Assembly (NCBI GenBank): GCA_041640595.1
Contig: JBEPZY010000001.1
Location: forward strand, 352,001-416,000
Direction: 5' to 3'
From: Gemmatales bacterium
GTDB lineage: Bacteria; Planctomycetota; Planctomycetia; Gemmatales; HRBIN36
DNA: 64,000 bases
The notes under the pieces are model-generated. The model was not told the origin of the DNA, did not search any database, and saw only the letters and a list, made by a program, of their open reading frames with translations. Position 1 is the stretch's first letter. The number at the start of each line of letters is the position of its first letter. This document shows positions 7,749 through 19,700 of this stretch, one piece after another. The position numbers and the translations under genes were made by a program.

Positions 7749-10700
7749 CTCGCAACTTAGACCCCAACCAATAGGGGATTGAAACGATAGCGGCTACTAC
7801 CATTGTTCCTCCCTCCTTGGGCTCGCAACTTAGACCCCAACCAATAGGGGATTGAAACGCCGGGCCCTGGCCTTCCGGCTGGAGACCAGGGCCAGCTCGC
7901 AACTTAGACCCCAACCAATAGGGGATTGAAACAGTTCTGATGAGAAAGTTATACCCGCCGGCGTAGATGCTCGCAACTTAGACCCCAACCAATAGGGGAT
8001 TGAAACTGCATCTGTTGGCAAAGACTATCAATACCTTTAGAAACTCGCAACTTAGACCCCAACCAATAGGGGATTGAAACCGCCAGGGTTCCGGCCTGTA
8101 TCCGCGCTGCCGCCCCAGCCTCGCAACTTAGACCCCAACCAATAGGGGATTGAAACACTCGCAAGACGGGTATTGGCCTGTATCCGCGCTGCCGCCTCGC
8201 AACTTAGACCCCAACCAATAGGGGATTGAAACGACACTGCTGCCCCAGCAATAATCATGTCCAACCACCTCGCAACTTAGACCCCAACCAATAGGGGATT
8301 GAAACGTCGAAACTACTTCTTGCCCCGCCGCCCCCGCCCGGCTCGCAACTTAGACCCCAACCAATAGGGGATTGAAACCACTGCTGCCCCAGCAATAATC
8401 ATGTCCAACCACCTCCTCGCAACTTAGACCCCAACCAATAGGGGATTGAAACAATCATGTCCAACCACCTCCTTGGGCCCGTTGATAAACTCGCAACTTA
8501 GACCCCAACCAATAGGGGATTGAAACGGTGCGAGGCAGCTACTTCTTGTTTTTGCTACGCCCGCCTCGCAACTTAGACCCCAACCAATAGGGGATTGAAA
8601 CTGAACTTGCACCCTAAGCTTTTCCAGCTCCGCCAGACTCGCAACTTAGACCCCAACCAATAGGGGATTGAAACCATTGCGGCTCCGGCTATCATACTCC
8701 CCTCCTTTGGGCTCGCAACTTAGACCCCAACCAATAGGGGATTGAAACCTCCGGCTATCATACTCCCCTCCTTTGGGCCGAATAACTCGCAACTTAGACC
8801 CCAACCAATAGGGGATTGAAACAATCCGACAATGATGGATACTAGGCAGATTGCGGCTCTCGCAACTTAGACCCCAACCAATAGGGGATTGAAACCACAC
8901 AAACAACAACATCTTGGATAACCTTTGGTAACTCGCAACTTAGACCCCAACCAATAGGGGATTGAAACACCAACCAAACCTCCGATGCCGCCACGCATTC
9001 CCGGCTCGCAACTTAGACCCCAACCAATAGGGGATTGAAACAGCAGACGACCCCTGGCCGGACTCGATGAGTTGCATGACTCGCAACTTAGACCCCAACC
9101 AATAGGGGATTGAAACAGTATCCAACCAAGAATTACACTGACCAGTGCCAAACTCGCAACTTAGACCCCAACCAATAGGGGATTGAAACAATGACCATCT
9201 AACACTTTACCTTCATAAAGACAACCTCGCAACTTAGACCCCAACCAATAGGGGATTGAAACACCGTAGACGCCGAGGATGAGAGGCCTAAGCATTCAAT
9301 CTCGCAACTTAGACCCCAACCAATAGGGGATTGAAACCAAAGACGAGGCCTGCGGCTCCTCACTGGTCCACCCCTCGCAACTTAGACCCCAACCAATAGG
9401 GGATTGAAACACATTTCGTCAGAATCTGTTTGCCCCAACATTAACGCCTCGCAACTTAGACCCCAACCAATAGGGGATTGAAACGGCCAGGAGGAATCCG
9501 ACTAGCACAGATACTAAGGACTCGCAACTTAGACCCCAACCAATAGGGGATTGAAACACTGCCGCGCCGACAACAATCATAATTCTCCCCTCCTCTCGCA
9601 ACTTAGACCCCAACCAATAGGGGATTGAAACCAACGAATTTTGCAAAATTGGTAACGCAGTTTCCAAACTCGCAACTTAGACCCCAACCAATAGGGGATT
9701 GAAACGCGGGCGATGCGGGCCAGTATGAACCCGAGGAGGACCTCGCAACTTAGACCCCAACCAATAGGGGATTGAAACCCCGAGGAGGACAGAAACGAGA
9801 GAAATGCCAGCGCCCTCGCAACTTAGACCCCAACCAATAGGGGATTGAAACGTCTTCTTGGCCCGGGGCTCCCGCCGGGCCCGGCGGGCCTCGCAACTTA
9901 GACCCCAACCAATAGGGGATTGAAACATCATGTCCTCTCCTCCTGCGTCTGGGGCCCGTTGATCTCGCAACTTAGACCCCAACCAATAGGGGATTGAAAC
10001 CGGGCGATGGCCCTGTCGACGGAACTTACGGATCTGCACTCGCAACTTAGACCCCAACCAATAGGGGATTGAAACAGTGGTGCCCGCGCTTCCGCCGCAG
10101 AAGCGCGCCGACCTCGCAACTTAGACCCCAACCAATAGGGGATTGAAACGGGCACTCCAATTGAAGTGGTGCCCGCGCTTCCGCCGCCTCGCAACTTAGA
10201 CCCCAACCAATAGGGGATTGAAACCTTCCCGGCGTCCGCCGCCTGCGGCTCCCCACTGGGCCTCGCAACTTAGACCCCAACCAATAGGGGATTGAAACTT
10301 GCCCGCCGCGGGCCTCGTCAAAGACGAGGCCGCACTCGCAACTTAGACCCCAACCAATAGGGGATTGAAACATCGTTCATCAAACCCATCAACCAAATCC
10401 AACTCACAACTCGCAACTTAGACCCCAACCAATAGGGGATTGAAACAAAAGTACTGCGCCACGCGCTCCATATGGCTGCCTCCTCGCAACTTAGACCCCA
10501 ACCAATAGGGGATTGAAACATACCAGCTCCAACAATAATCATGTCCTCTCCTCCTCGCAACTTAGACCCCAACCAATAGGGGATTGAAACACCAGCTCCA
10601 ACAATAATCATGTCCTCTCCTCCTGCGCTCGCAACTTAGACCCCAACCAATAGGGGATTGAAACTTGCGGGTCTTGCCCCGCCGCCGCTCCCGCCGAGAC

Positions 10701-13700
10701 CTCGCAACTTAGACCCCAACCAATAGGGGATTGAAACCCCGATCAAGAGAGAGACCAAAGCAACCCCCGCCCCTCTCGCAACTTAGACCCCAACCAATAG
10801 GGGATTGAAACACGGCGCTATTTCTTGCGGGTCTTGCCCCGCCGCCGCTCTCGCAACTTAGACCCCAACCAATAGGGGATTGAAACGCCCGGGCCGCCGG
10901 GAGACCCGGATGCGGGCCAGGACACTCGCAACTTAGACCCCAACCAATAGGGGATTGAAACCTTACCTGCCTGTGGCGTGACGCTAAGTCTTGCGGCCTC
11001 GCAACTTAGACCCCAACCAATAGGGGATTGAAACCCGAGAACGACGGAAACGAGCGCTATTGTTGACCCGGCCTCGCAACTTAGACCCCAACCAATAGGG
11101 GATTGAAACCCCGGCTATCATACTCACCCTCCTGCGTTGCGTCTTTCTCGCAACTTAGACCCCAACCAATAGGGGATTGAAACTGAGCCGGCGGTACAAT
11201 TCCCGCCGGTCCTCGGTGGTCTCGCAACTTAGACCCCAACCAATAGGGGATTGAAACCCGGCTCCCCACTGGGCACTCCAACTGAAGTGGTGCCCGCCTC
11301 GCAACTTAGACCCCAACCAATAGGGGATTGAAACTGCTCCCAACACCATTTTTCTCCCCTCCATTTGGGCTCGCAACTTAGACCCCAACCAATAGGGGAT
11401 TGAAACTGTCCCGCCCGGGCCGCCGCCCCCGGCTGCTCCGGGCCTCGCAACTTAGACCCCAACCAATAGGGGATTGAAACCCATGTGGCGTGGCGGGTGT
11501 TAAGACTTGCGGCGGGTCTCGCAACTTAGACCCCAACCAATAGGGGATTGAAACGACGAGGCCGCAGTCAGGGCAGCGGCTGGCCTCCTCGGCTCGCAAC
11601 TTAGACCCCAACCAATAGGGGATTGAAACGGCGTCGACCGGGCGACCACCCGATCGGAATTTGTGGCTCGCAACTTAGACCCCAACCAATAGGGGATTGA
11701 AACGCGGTCAGATCGAAAAGAAAGGACAAAATTATAATCTCGCAACTTAGACCCCAACCAATAGGGGATTGAAACCCCCCCCGCGTTTACCGGCCTTCCT
11801 TGGCCGGTTGCCCCTCGCAACTTAGACCCCAACCAATAGGGGATTGAAACGCCAGTATGAATCCGACCAGGACCGAAATGATAGAAACTCGCAACTTAGA
11901 CCCCAACCAATAGGGGATTGAAACGACCAGGACCGAAATGATAGAAATGGAAGCTCCCAACAACTCGCAACTTAGACCCCAACCAATAGGGGATTGAAAC
12001 CCAACAACATTTTTTTCCTCCACATTTGGTTTTGGCCTCGCAACTTAGACCCCAACCAATAGGGGATTGAAACGATAGAAATGGAAGCTCCCAACAACAT
12101 TTTTTCCTCCCTCGCAACTTAGACCCCAACCAATAGGGGATTGAAACGCCGCTACAATGCGGCAAGGGCGTGGCCGTGCCACTCCTCGCAACTTAGACCC
12201 CAACCAATAGGGGATTGAAACGCGGGACAAGCGCAAGTAGCCGTCGTCACGATCTTTCTCGCAACTTAGACCCCAACCAATAGGGGATTGAAACAATGGC
12301 CGCTCCAGCAATAATCATATTCTCCCTCCATCTCGCAACTTAGACCCCAACCAATAGGGGATTGAAACAGCAATAATCATATTCTCCCTCCATTGGGCCA
12401 GTTGACTCGCAACTTAGACCCCAACCAATAGGGGATTGAAACACAGCGCAAGGCTGGATACTCAACGAAGCCGATGCACTCGCAACTTAGACCCCAACCA
12501 ATAGGGGATTGAAACACCCGGTTACGCCGAGTGAGCCGGCGATACAACTCCCCTCGCAACTTAGACCCCAACCAATAGGGGATTGAAACGGCCTGATGGG
12601 GTTTCCAGTCGCCATCCTGCCCGTGCCCTCGCAACTTAGACCCCAACCAATAGGGGATTGAAACAACTACCACGGCGGCCTGCCTCTGACCCCTAACCCA
12701 GCTCGCAACTTAGACCCCAACCAATAGGGGATTGAAACACGCCGAGTGAGCCGGCGATACAACTCCCGGCGGTCCTCGCAACTTAGACCCCAACCAATAG
12801 GGGATTGAAACTAGGCAGGCCTGATGGGGTTTCCAGTCGCCATCCTGCCTCGCAACTTAGACCCCAACCAATAGGGGATTGAAACAATAGACCTTGCGAT
12901 TAAGTCTGCGGAAGTTCTCATGCTCGCAACTTAGACCCCAACCAATAGGGGATTGAAACTTCTCGCCCGGCTCCTGGGCCTCCGGAGCCGGGCACTCGCA
13001 ACTTAGACCCCAACCAATAGGGGATTGAAACAACAGGTGACGGAACCCTAAACTTCTTCACCTTCGACTCGCAACTTAGACCCCAACCAATAGGGGATTG
13101 AAACACCTTCGACACTTTAACCTCAATGTTACCATCCAGGCTCGCAACTTAGACCCCAACCAATAGGGGATTGAAACTTAGCCTTCCGCAGGACTTCGTC
13201 CGGAACACGCAATCTCGCAACTTAGACCCCAACCAATAGGGGATTGAAACCGTCCCCCCACTACCCCGATGTAGTGGGGGCGGACACCTCGCAACTTAGA
13301 CCCCAACCAATAGGGGATTGAAACTCAAACAGGTGACGGAACCCTAAACTTCTTCACCTTCTCGCAACTTAGACCCCAACCAATAGGGGATTGAAACTGG
13401 CCATACATGCAAGGCGGCCACCTATGCCAGCCAACCTCGCAACTTAGACCCCAACCAATAGGGGATTGAAACCCGGAGCGGACCCGGGCTAGGATAAACC
13501 CAATCAGAACTCGCAACTTAGACCCCAACCAATAGGGGATTGAAACCCGCCGCCGCCCCCGGCTCTTGCCCCGGTCCCGCCGCCTCGCAACTTAGACCCC
13601 AACCAATAGGGGATTGAAACTCCCGGCGGCTCACTCGGAGGTTATCCGGGGCCTCCCTCTCGCAACTTAGACCCCAACCAATAGGGGATTGAAACCGCGG

Positions 13701-16700
13701 GGGCACGCTCGGTTCCTCCGAGTGAGCCGCCGGTCTCGCAACTTAGACCCCAACCAATAGGGGATTGAAACCGACCTTCCTTGGTCGGTTGCCCGCTGCG
13801 GCCCTCGTCCTCGCAACTTAGACCCCAACCAATAGGGGATTGAAACGCAGTCTGGGCAGCGGGTGGTCTCTTCCCTCAACGGCCCTCGCAACTTAGACCC
13901 CAACCAATAGGGGATTGAAACACCCGGGCAAGGATAAATCCGGTTAGCACTGAGATCACTCGCAACTTAGACCCCAACCAATAGGGGATTGAAACTCTTA
14001 CCCTCCATTTTTTGGTCCTTGGGGCCCGTTGACTCGCAACTTAGACCCCAACCAATAGGGGATTGAAACTCCACCGACGCGACTTCTGCACCTTTAAGCC
14101 CTCCTCCTCGCAACTTAGACCCCAACCAATAGGGGATTGAAACTGCTGCTCCGCCTGCTGCTGCTGCTGCTGCTCCCTCGCAACTTAGACCCCAACCAAT
14201 AGGGGATTGAAACAACTTCGATGTGACCACCATCCAGAAGAATCCTAGCACTCGCAACTTAGACCCCAACCAATAGGGGATTGAAACCGCAAAGCACATG
14301 AGATGTATTTGAAAAATCCTAAATCTCGCAACTTAGACCCCAACCAATAGGGGATTGAAACACTGCTGACCCTAGCAGCATCTTTCTCCTCCCTCATCTC
14401 GCAACTTAGACCCCAACCAATAGGGGATTGAAACTGTCCCGCCCGGTCCGCCGCCGGGCGAGGCGGGCCAGCTCGCAACTTAGACCCCAACCAATAGGGG
14501 ATTGAAACGCATCTTTCTCCTCCCTCATGGTCCTTGGGGCCCGTTCTCGCAACTTAGACCCCAACCAATAGGGGATTGAAACAGCATCTTTCTCCTCCCT
14601 CATGGTCCTTGGGGCCCGTTCTCGCAACTTAGACCCCAACCAATAGGGGATTGAAACATCACCCAATTACAAATAGCCGCCGGGATTCTTTCCCCTCGCA
14701 ACTTAGACCCCAACCAATAGGGGATTGAAACGACTTGCCCTGCTGAGGCTCGTCGAAGACGAGCCGGCACTCGCAACTTAGACCCCAACCAATAGGGGAT
14801 TGAAACGAGGTACTCGCAGGACGGGTATTGACCTGTATCCGCGCTCGCAACTTAGACCCCAACCAATAGGGGATTGAAACAGCGGGTGGCTTCCTCCGTC
14901 AACGGCCACCCGCAACGCTCGCAACTTAGACCCCAACCAATAGGGGATTGAAACGGAACGCACGAAACGCACGCAAACCATCCTCTAAACCTCGCAACTT
15001 AGACCCCAACCAATAGGGGATTGAAACAACGCCAGGAAACCTGCCCGTGCGGTGGGCCGCCCTCCTCGCAACTTAGACCCCAACCAATAGGGGATTGAAA
15101 CCGCTATTTCTTGCGGGTCTTGCGCCCCCGCCCCCGGCCTCGCAACTTAGACCCCAACCAATAGGGGATTGAAACAGTAAGATCGCTCTCGAAAGTCAAT
15201 CGCGATGTCCGCCTCGCAACTTAGACCCCAACCAATAGGGGATTGAAACGACAGTAACTCCATCGTTCCGGCAAACTACTTGGTACTCGCAACTTAGACC
15301 CCAACCAATAGGGGATTGAAACGATTCTTGCTCCGCCGACCCCGCCGACCCCGCCGGAGCTCGCAACTTAGACCCCAACCAATAGGGGATTGAAACACTC
15401 TTCGATGTCCTGTACGGGCCTGATGGCACCACCTCGCAACTTAGACCCCAACCAATAGGGGATTGAAACCACCCCTTCTCGCCCGGCTCCTGGGCCTACG
15501 GCAGCCCTCGCAACTTAGACCCCAACCAATAGGGGATTGAAACCGCGATGTCCGCCTCTTCTGGGTTTTCGTCATCCCAACTCGCAACTTAGACCCCAAC
15601 CAATAGGGGATTGAAACGGAATTTATCCTTTTCATTTTCCATAACCTCCTCAAACTCGCAACTTAGACCCCAACCAATAGGGGATTGAAACCTATTAAGA
15701 TGAGGTCGTAATATTACGTTTACGTGCCTCGCAACTTAGACCCCAACCAATAGGGGATTGAAACTTTTTTGAGTAAGATCGCTCTCGAAAGTCAATCGCG
15801 CTCGCAACTTAGACCCCAACCAATAGGGGATTGAAACCTTCGTCCCTTTTCGGCCCATCCTTCTCGCCCGGCTCCTCGCAACTTAGACCCCAACCAATAG
15901 GGGATTGAAACTCAGGAGCCGGGCAAAGTCCGACCCCCGCTACCCCGCTCGCAACTTAGACCCCAACCAATAGGGGATTGAAACGTTCCTTCCTAACATT
16001 ATCTTCTGGTTCGTGTTTTTCGCTCGCAACTTAGACCCCAACCAATAGGGGATTGAAACTTTTATAACTGCTACACGGACCACGGCCTTCCCTCCTTCTC
16101 GCAACTTAGACCCCAACCAATAGGGGATTGAAACCCTGTGGCGGGCGGCTACGACTTCTTGCGCTTCTTCTTCTCGCAACTTAGACCCCAACCAATAGGG
16201 GATTGAAACCACTACCATTCCTACACCTCCTTCCTTTGGTTTTGGCTCGCAACTTAGACCCCAACCAATAGGGGATTGAAACCCCGGGAGATTGGTCTTT
16301 GCCGCCGGGCCCGGGCCAGCCTCGCAACTTAGACCCCAACCAATAGGGGAATTGAAACGCCCATAACATTTCTCTTTCCTCCTGGTCTTTGGGGCCCTCG
16401 CAACTTAGACCCCAACCAATAGGGGATTGAAACGACCACGCCCCCGCCCGGGCCACCGGGAGACCCGGGCCTCGCAACTTAGACCCCAACCAATAGGGGA
16501 TTGAAACCATTTCTCTTTCCTCCTGGTCTTTGGGGCCCGAATACTCGCAACTTAGACCCCAACCAATAGGGGATTGAAACTGACAGCTGCCCATAACATT
16601 TCTCTTTCCTCCTGGTCCTCGCAACTTAGACCCCAACCAATAGGGGATTGAAACGGCCCGGGCGGGGGCGTGGTCTTTGGGGCCCGAATAAACTCGCAAC

Positions 16701-19700
16701 TTAGACCCCAACCAATAGGGGATTGAAACAACATTTCTCTTTCCTCCTGGTCTTTGGGGCCCGAATCTCGCAACTTAGACCCCAACCAATAGGGGATTGA
16801 AACGTAGTACTTTGCGTAGTGCATAATATCCCTCCTATAGCCTCGCAACTTAGACCCCAACCAATAGGGGATTGAAACAACGATAACTTCATAAACGCCG
16901 GATTTTTCAACAAACTCGCAACTTAGACCCCAACCAATAGGGGATTGAAACAGAACACAAACGTTTCAAACTTTGATTTAACCCAGTCTCGCAACTTAGA
17001 CCCCAACCAATAGGGGATTGAAACGACAGACAGCTGCTCCTAGCATGTCCATTTCCTCCGCTCGCAACTTAGACCCCAACCAATAGGGGATTGAAACACC
17101 TGGCGGGTGCGAGGCTAAGTCTTGCGCTTTTTTCTCGCAACTTAGACCCCAACCAATAGGGGATTGAAACTCCGTCTTTGGGGCCCGTTGATAAGACCCC
17201 TCCCTACTCGCAACTTAGACCCCAACCAATAGGGGATTGAAACGCTCTTGTCCCGCTCCCGGCGGGTCCGGGCCCGGCGCTCGCAACTTAGACCCCAACC
17301 AATAGGGGATTGAAACATAATTCCCGGCGGTCCTCGACATCGACCTGCCGGACCTCGCAACTTAGACCCCAACCAATAGGGGATTGAAACGCTGTGGGGC
17401 TAAGGCGGAAACCCCACAATCCTGCCTCGCAACTTAGACCCCAACCAATAGGGGATTGAAACGACGCGGGCAAGCAGGAATCCAATTAGGACGGAGGCCT
17501 CGCAACTTAGACCCCAACCAATAGGGGATTGAAACTCCTGTTACTTCTGAAAGAGTTTCCAGTCGACAAAACCTCGCAACTTAGACCCCAACCAATAGGG
17601 GATTGAAACCGCTTGGACCTGTTCTTGCTGAGGTTGATCAGCTTGCTCGCAACTTAGACCCCAACCAATAGGGGATTGAAACACTACCATTTCCCTTTTT
17701 TAGGAGTTGAAGCTGACCAAACTCGCAACTTAGACCCCAACCAATAGGGGATTGAAACTATAATACCCTCTATAAGGCTTGGCATGGGCCTTAATCCTCG
17801 CAACTTAGACCCCAACCAATAGGGGATTGAAACTCGGCGGGCCGCTTTTCTTTGGAGGGAACGCCGGTCCTCGCAACTTAGACCCCAACCAATAGGGGAT
17901 TGAAACAGAAATGGCCGCTCCGGCTATCATATTTCCTCCCTCCCTCGCAACTTAGACCCCAACCAATAGGGGATTGAAACACTATGTCCCTTCCGTGATA
18001 GAGGTACTCGCAGGACGGCTCGCAACTTAGACCCCAACCAATAGGGGATTGAAACGGCTAAGGCGGAAACCCCACAATCCTGCCTCTGGGCCTCGCAACT
18101 TAGACCCCAACCAATAGGGGATTGAAACCCTCGTCCGTCAACGGCCACCCGCAACGGGGGCACTATGCTCGCAACTTAGACCCCAACCAATAGGGGATTG
18201 AAACGGCCAATGCCGGGTAGATTGTATCTAACGCCACGGGCCTCGCAACTTAGACCCCAACCAATAGGGGATTGAAACACAGGTACACTTTATCAAACCC
18301 GTACTCCTTGCCTTTCTCGCAACTTAGACCCCAACCAATAGGGGATTGAAACGACGCCGTCTGCTACGCGGGGGCTACCGGGCTCCGGCCTCGCAACTTA
18401 GACCCCAACCAATAGGGGATTGAAACACTGGACAACCGGCTCGAACTTCAAGCCAAGACTGGCCTCGCAACTTAGACCCCAACCAATAGGGGATTGAAAC
18501 GTCCGTCAACGGCCACCCGCAACGGGGGCATGCCCGGCTCGCAACTTAGACCCCAACCAATAGGGGATTGAAACGACGTGGCCGCCGGACCCGTCGGATA
18601 TGGCCGCCGTCCTCGCAACTTAGACCCCAACCAATAGGGGATTGAAACGCAATCGCCTTGGGCACCACGGGACGTGGCCGCCGGACTCGCAACTTAGACC
18701 CCAACCAATAGGGGATTGAAACTCCATTTTAATGCCCACGCGGCAATCGCCTTGGGCACCTCGCAACTTAGACCCCAACCAATAGGGGATTGAAACACAA
18801 CGGAAACAATTGCTATGACTGATCTGGCTATCTCGCAACTTAGACCCCAACCAATAGGGGATTGAAACGTTATCCAGATCAACAACCTCAACCTCACAAC
18901 TTCCCTCGCAACTTAGACCCCAACCAATAGGGGATTGAAACTAATGTGTAGTCTCTCATCAGGTTGAATGCCACATTTCTCGCAACTTAGACCCCAACCA
19001 ATAGGGGATTGAAACGTGAAGCTGCGGCTTGTCATATTTGACCTCCTTTCTAACTCGCAACTTAGACCCCAACCAATAGGGGATTGAAACACCGAAACGA
19101 TTGCTACTGCTGCTCCTATAACCATAACTCGCAACTTAGACCCCAACCAATAGGGGATTGAAACGCTGCTCCTATAACCATAATTTCCTCCTGCGTCTTT
19201 CTCGCAACTTAGACCCCAACCAATAGGGGATTGAAACCCTGCCATCGGGCCATCCAGGCCATTGCGGCCCATGCCTCGCAACTTAGACCCCAACCAATAG
19301 GGGATTGAAACATATGAAACCGCATGGTAGAGTTGTTCATTTGCAGGCTCGCAACTTAGACCCCAACCAATAGGGGATTGAAACAATTACTTCAGCATAT
19401 CGCTCAATATATCGGACCATGCTCGCAACTTAGACCCCAACCAATAGGGGATTGAAACTCATATCCTCCCTCCATTATGGTTTGGGCCCGTTGACTCGCA
19501 ACTTAGACCCCAACCAATAGGGGATTGAAACAGCATAACATCTCATTAAGTGAACGCTCTTCCTAACCTCGCAACTTAGACCCCAACCAATAGGGGATTG
19601 AAACGCAAGGGCGTGGCCGTGCCACTCAGCCGGGTTCATACTCGCAACTTAGACCCCAACCAATAGGGGATTGAAACGCAGTCTGGGCAGCGGGTGGCTT

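Noticed and set aside
8602..8637. Spacer ending in CCGCCAGA, identical to the last 8 nt of the leader
   Set aside because: Only 8 nt match and the rest is unrelated, so it is probably chance.
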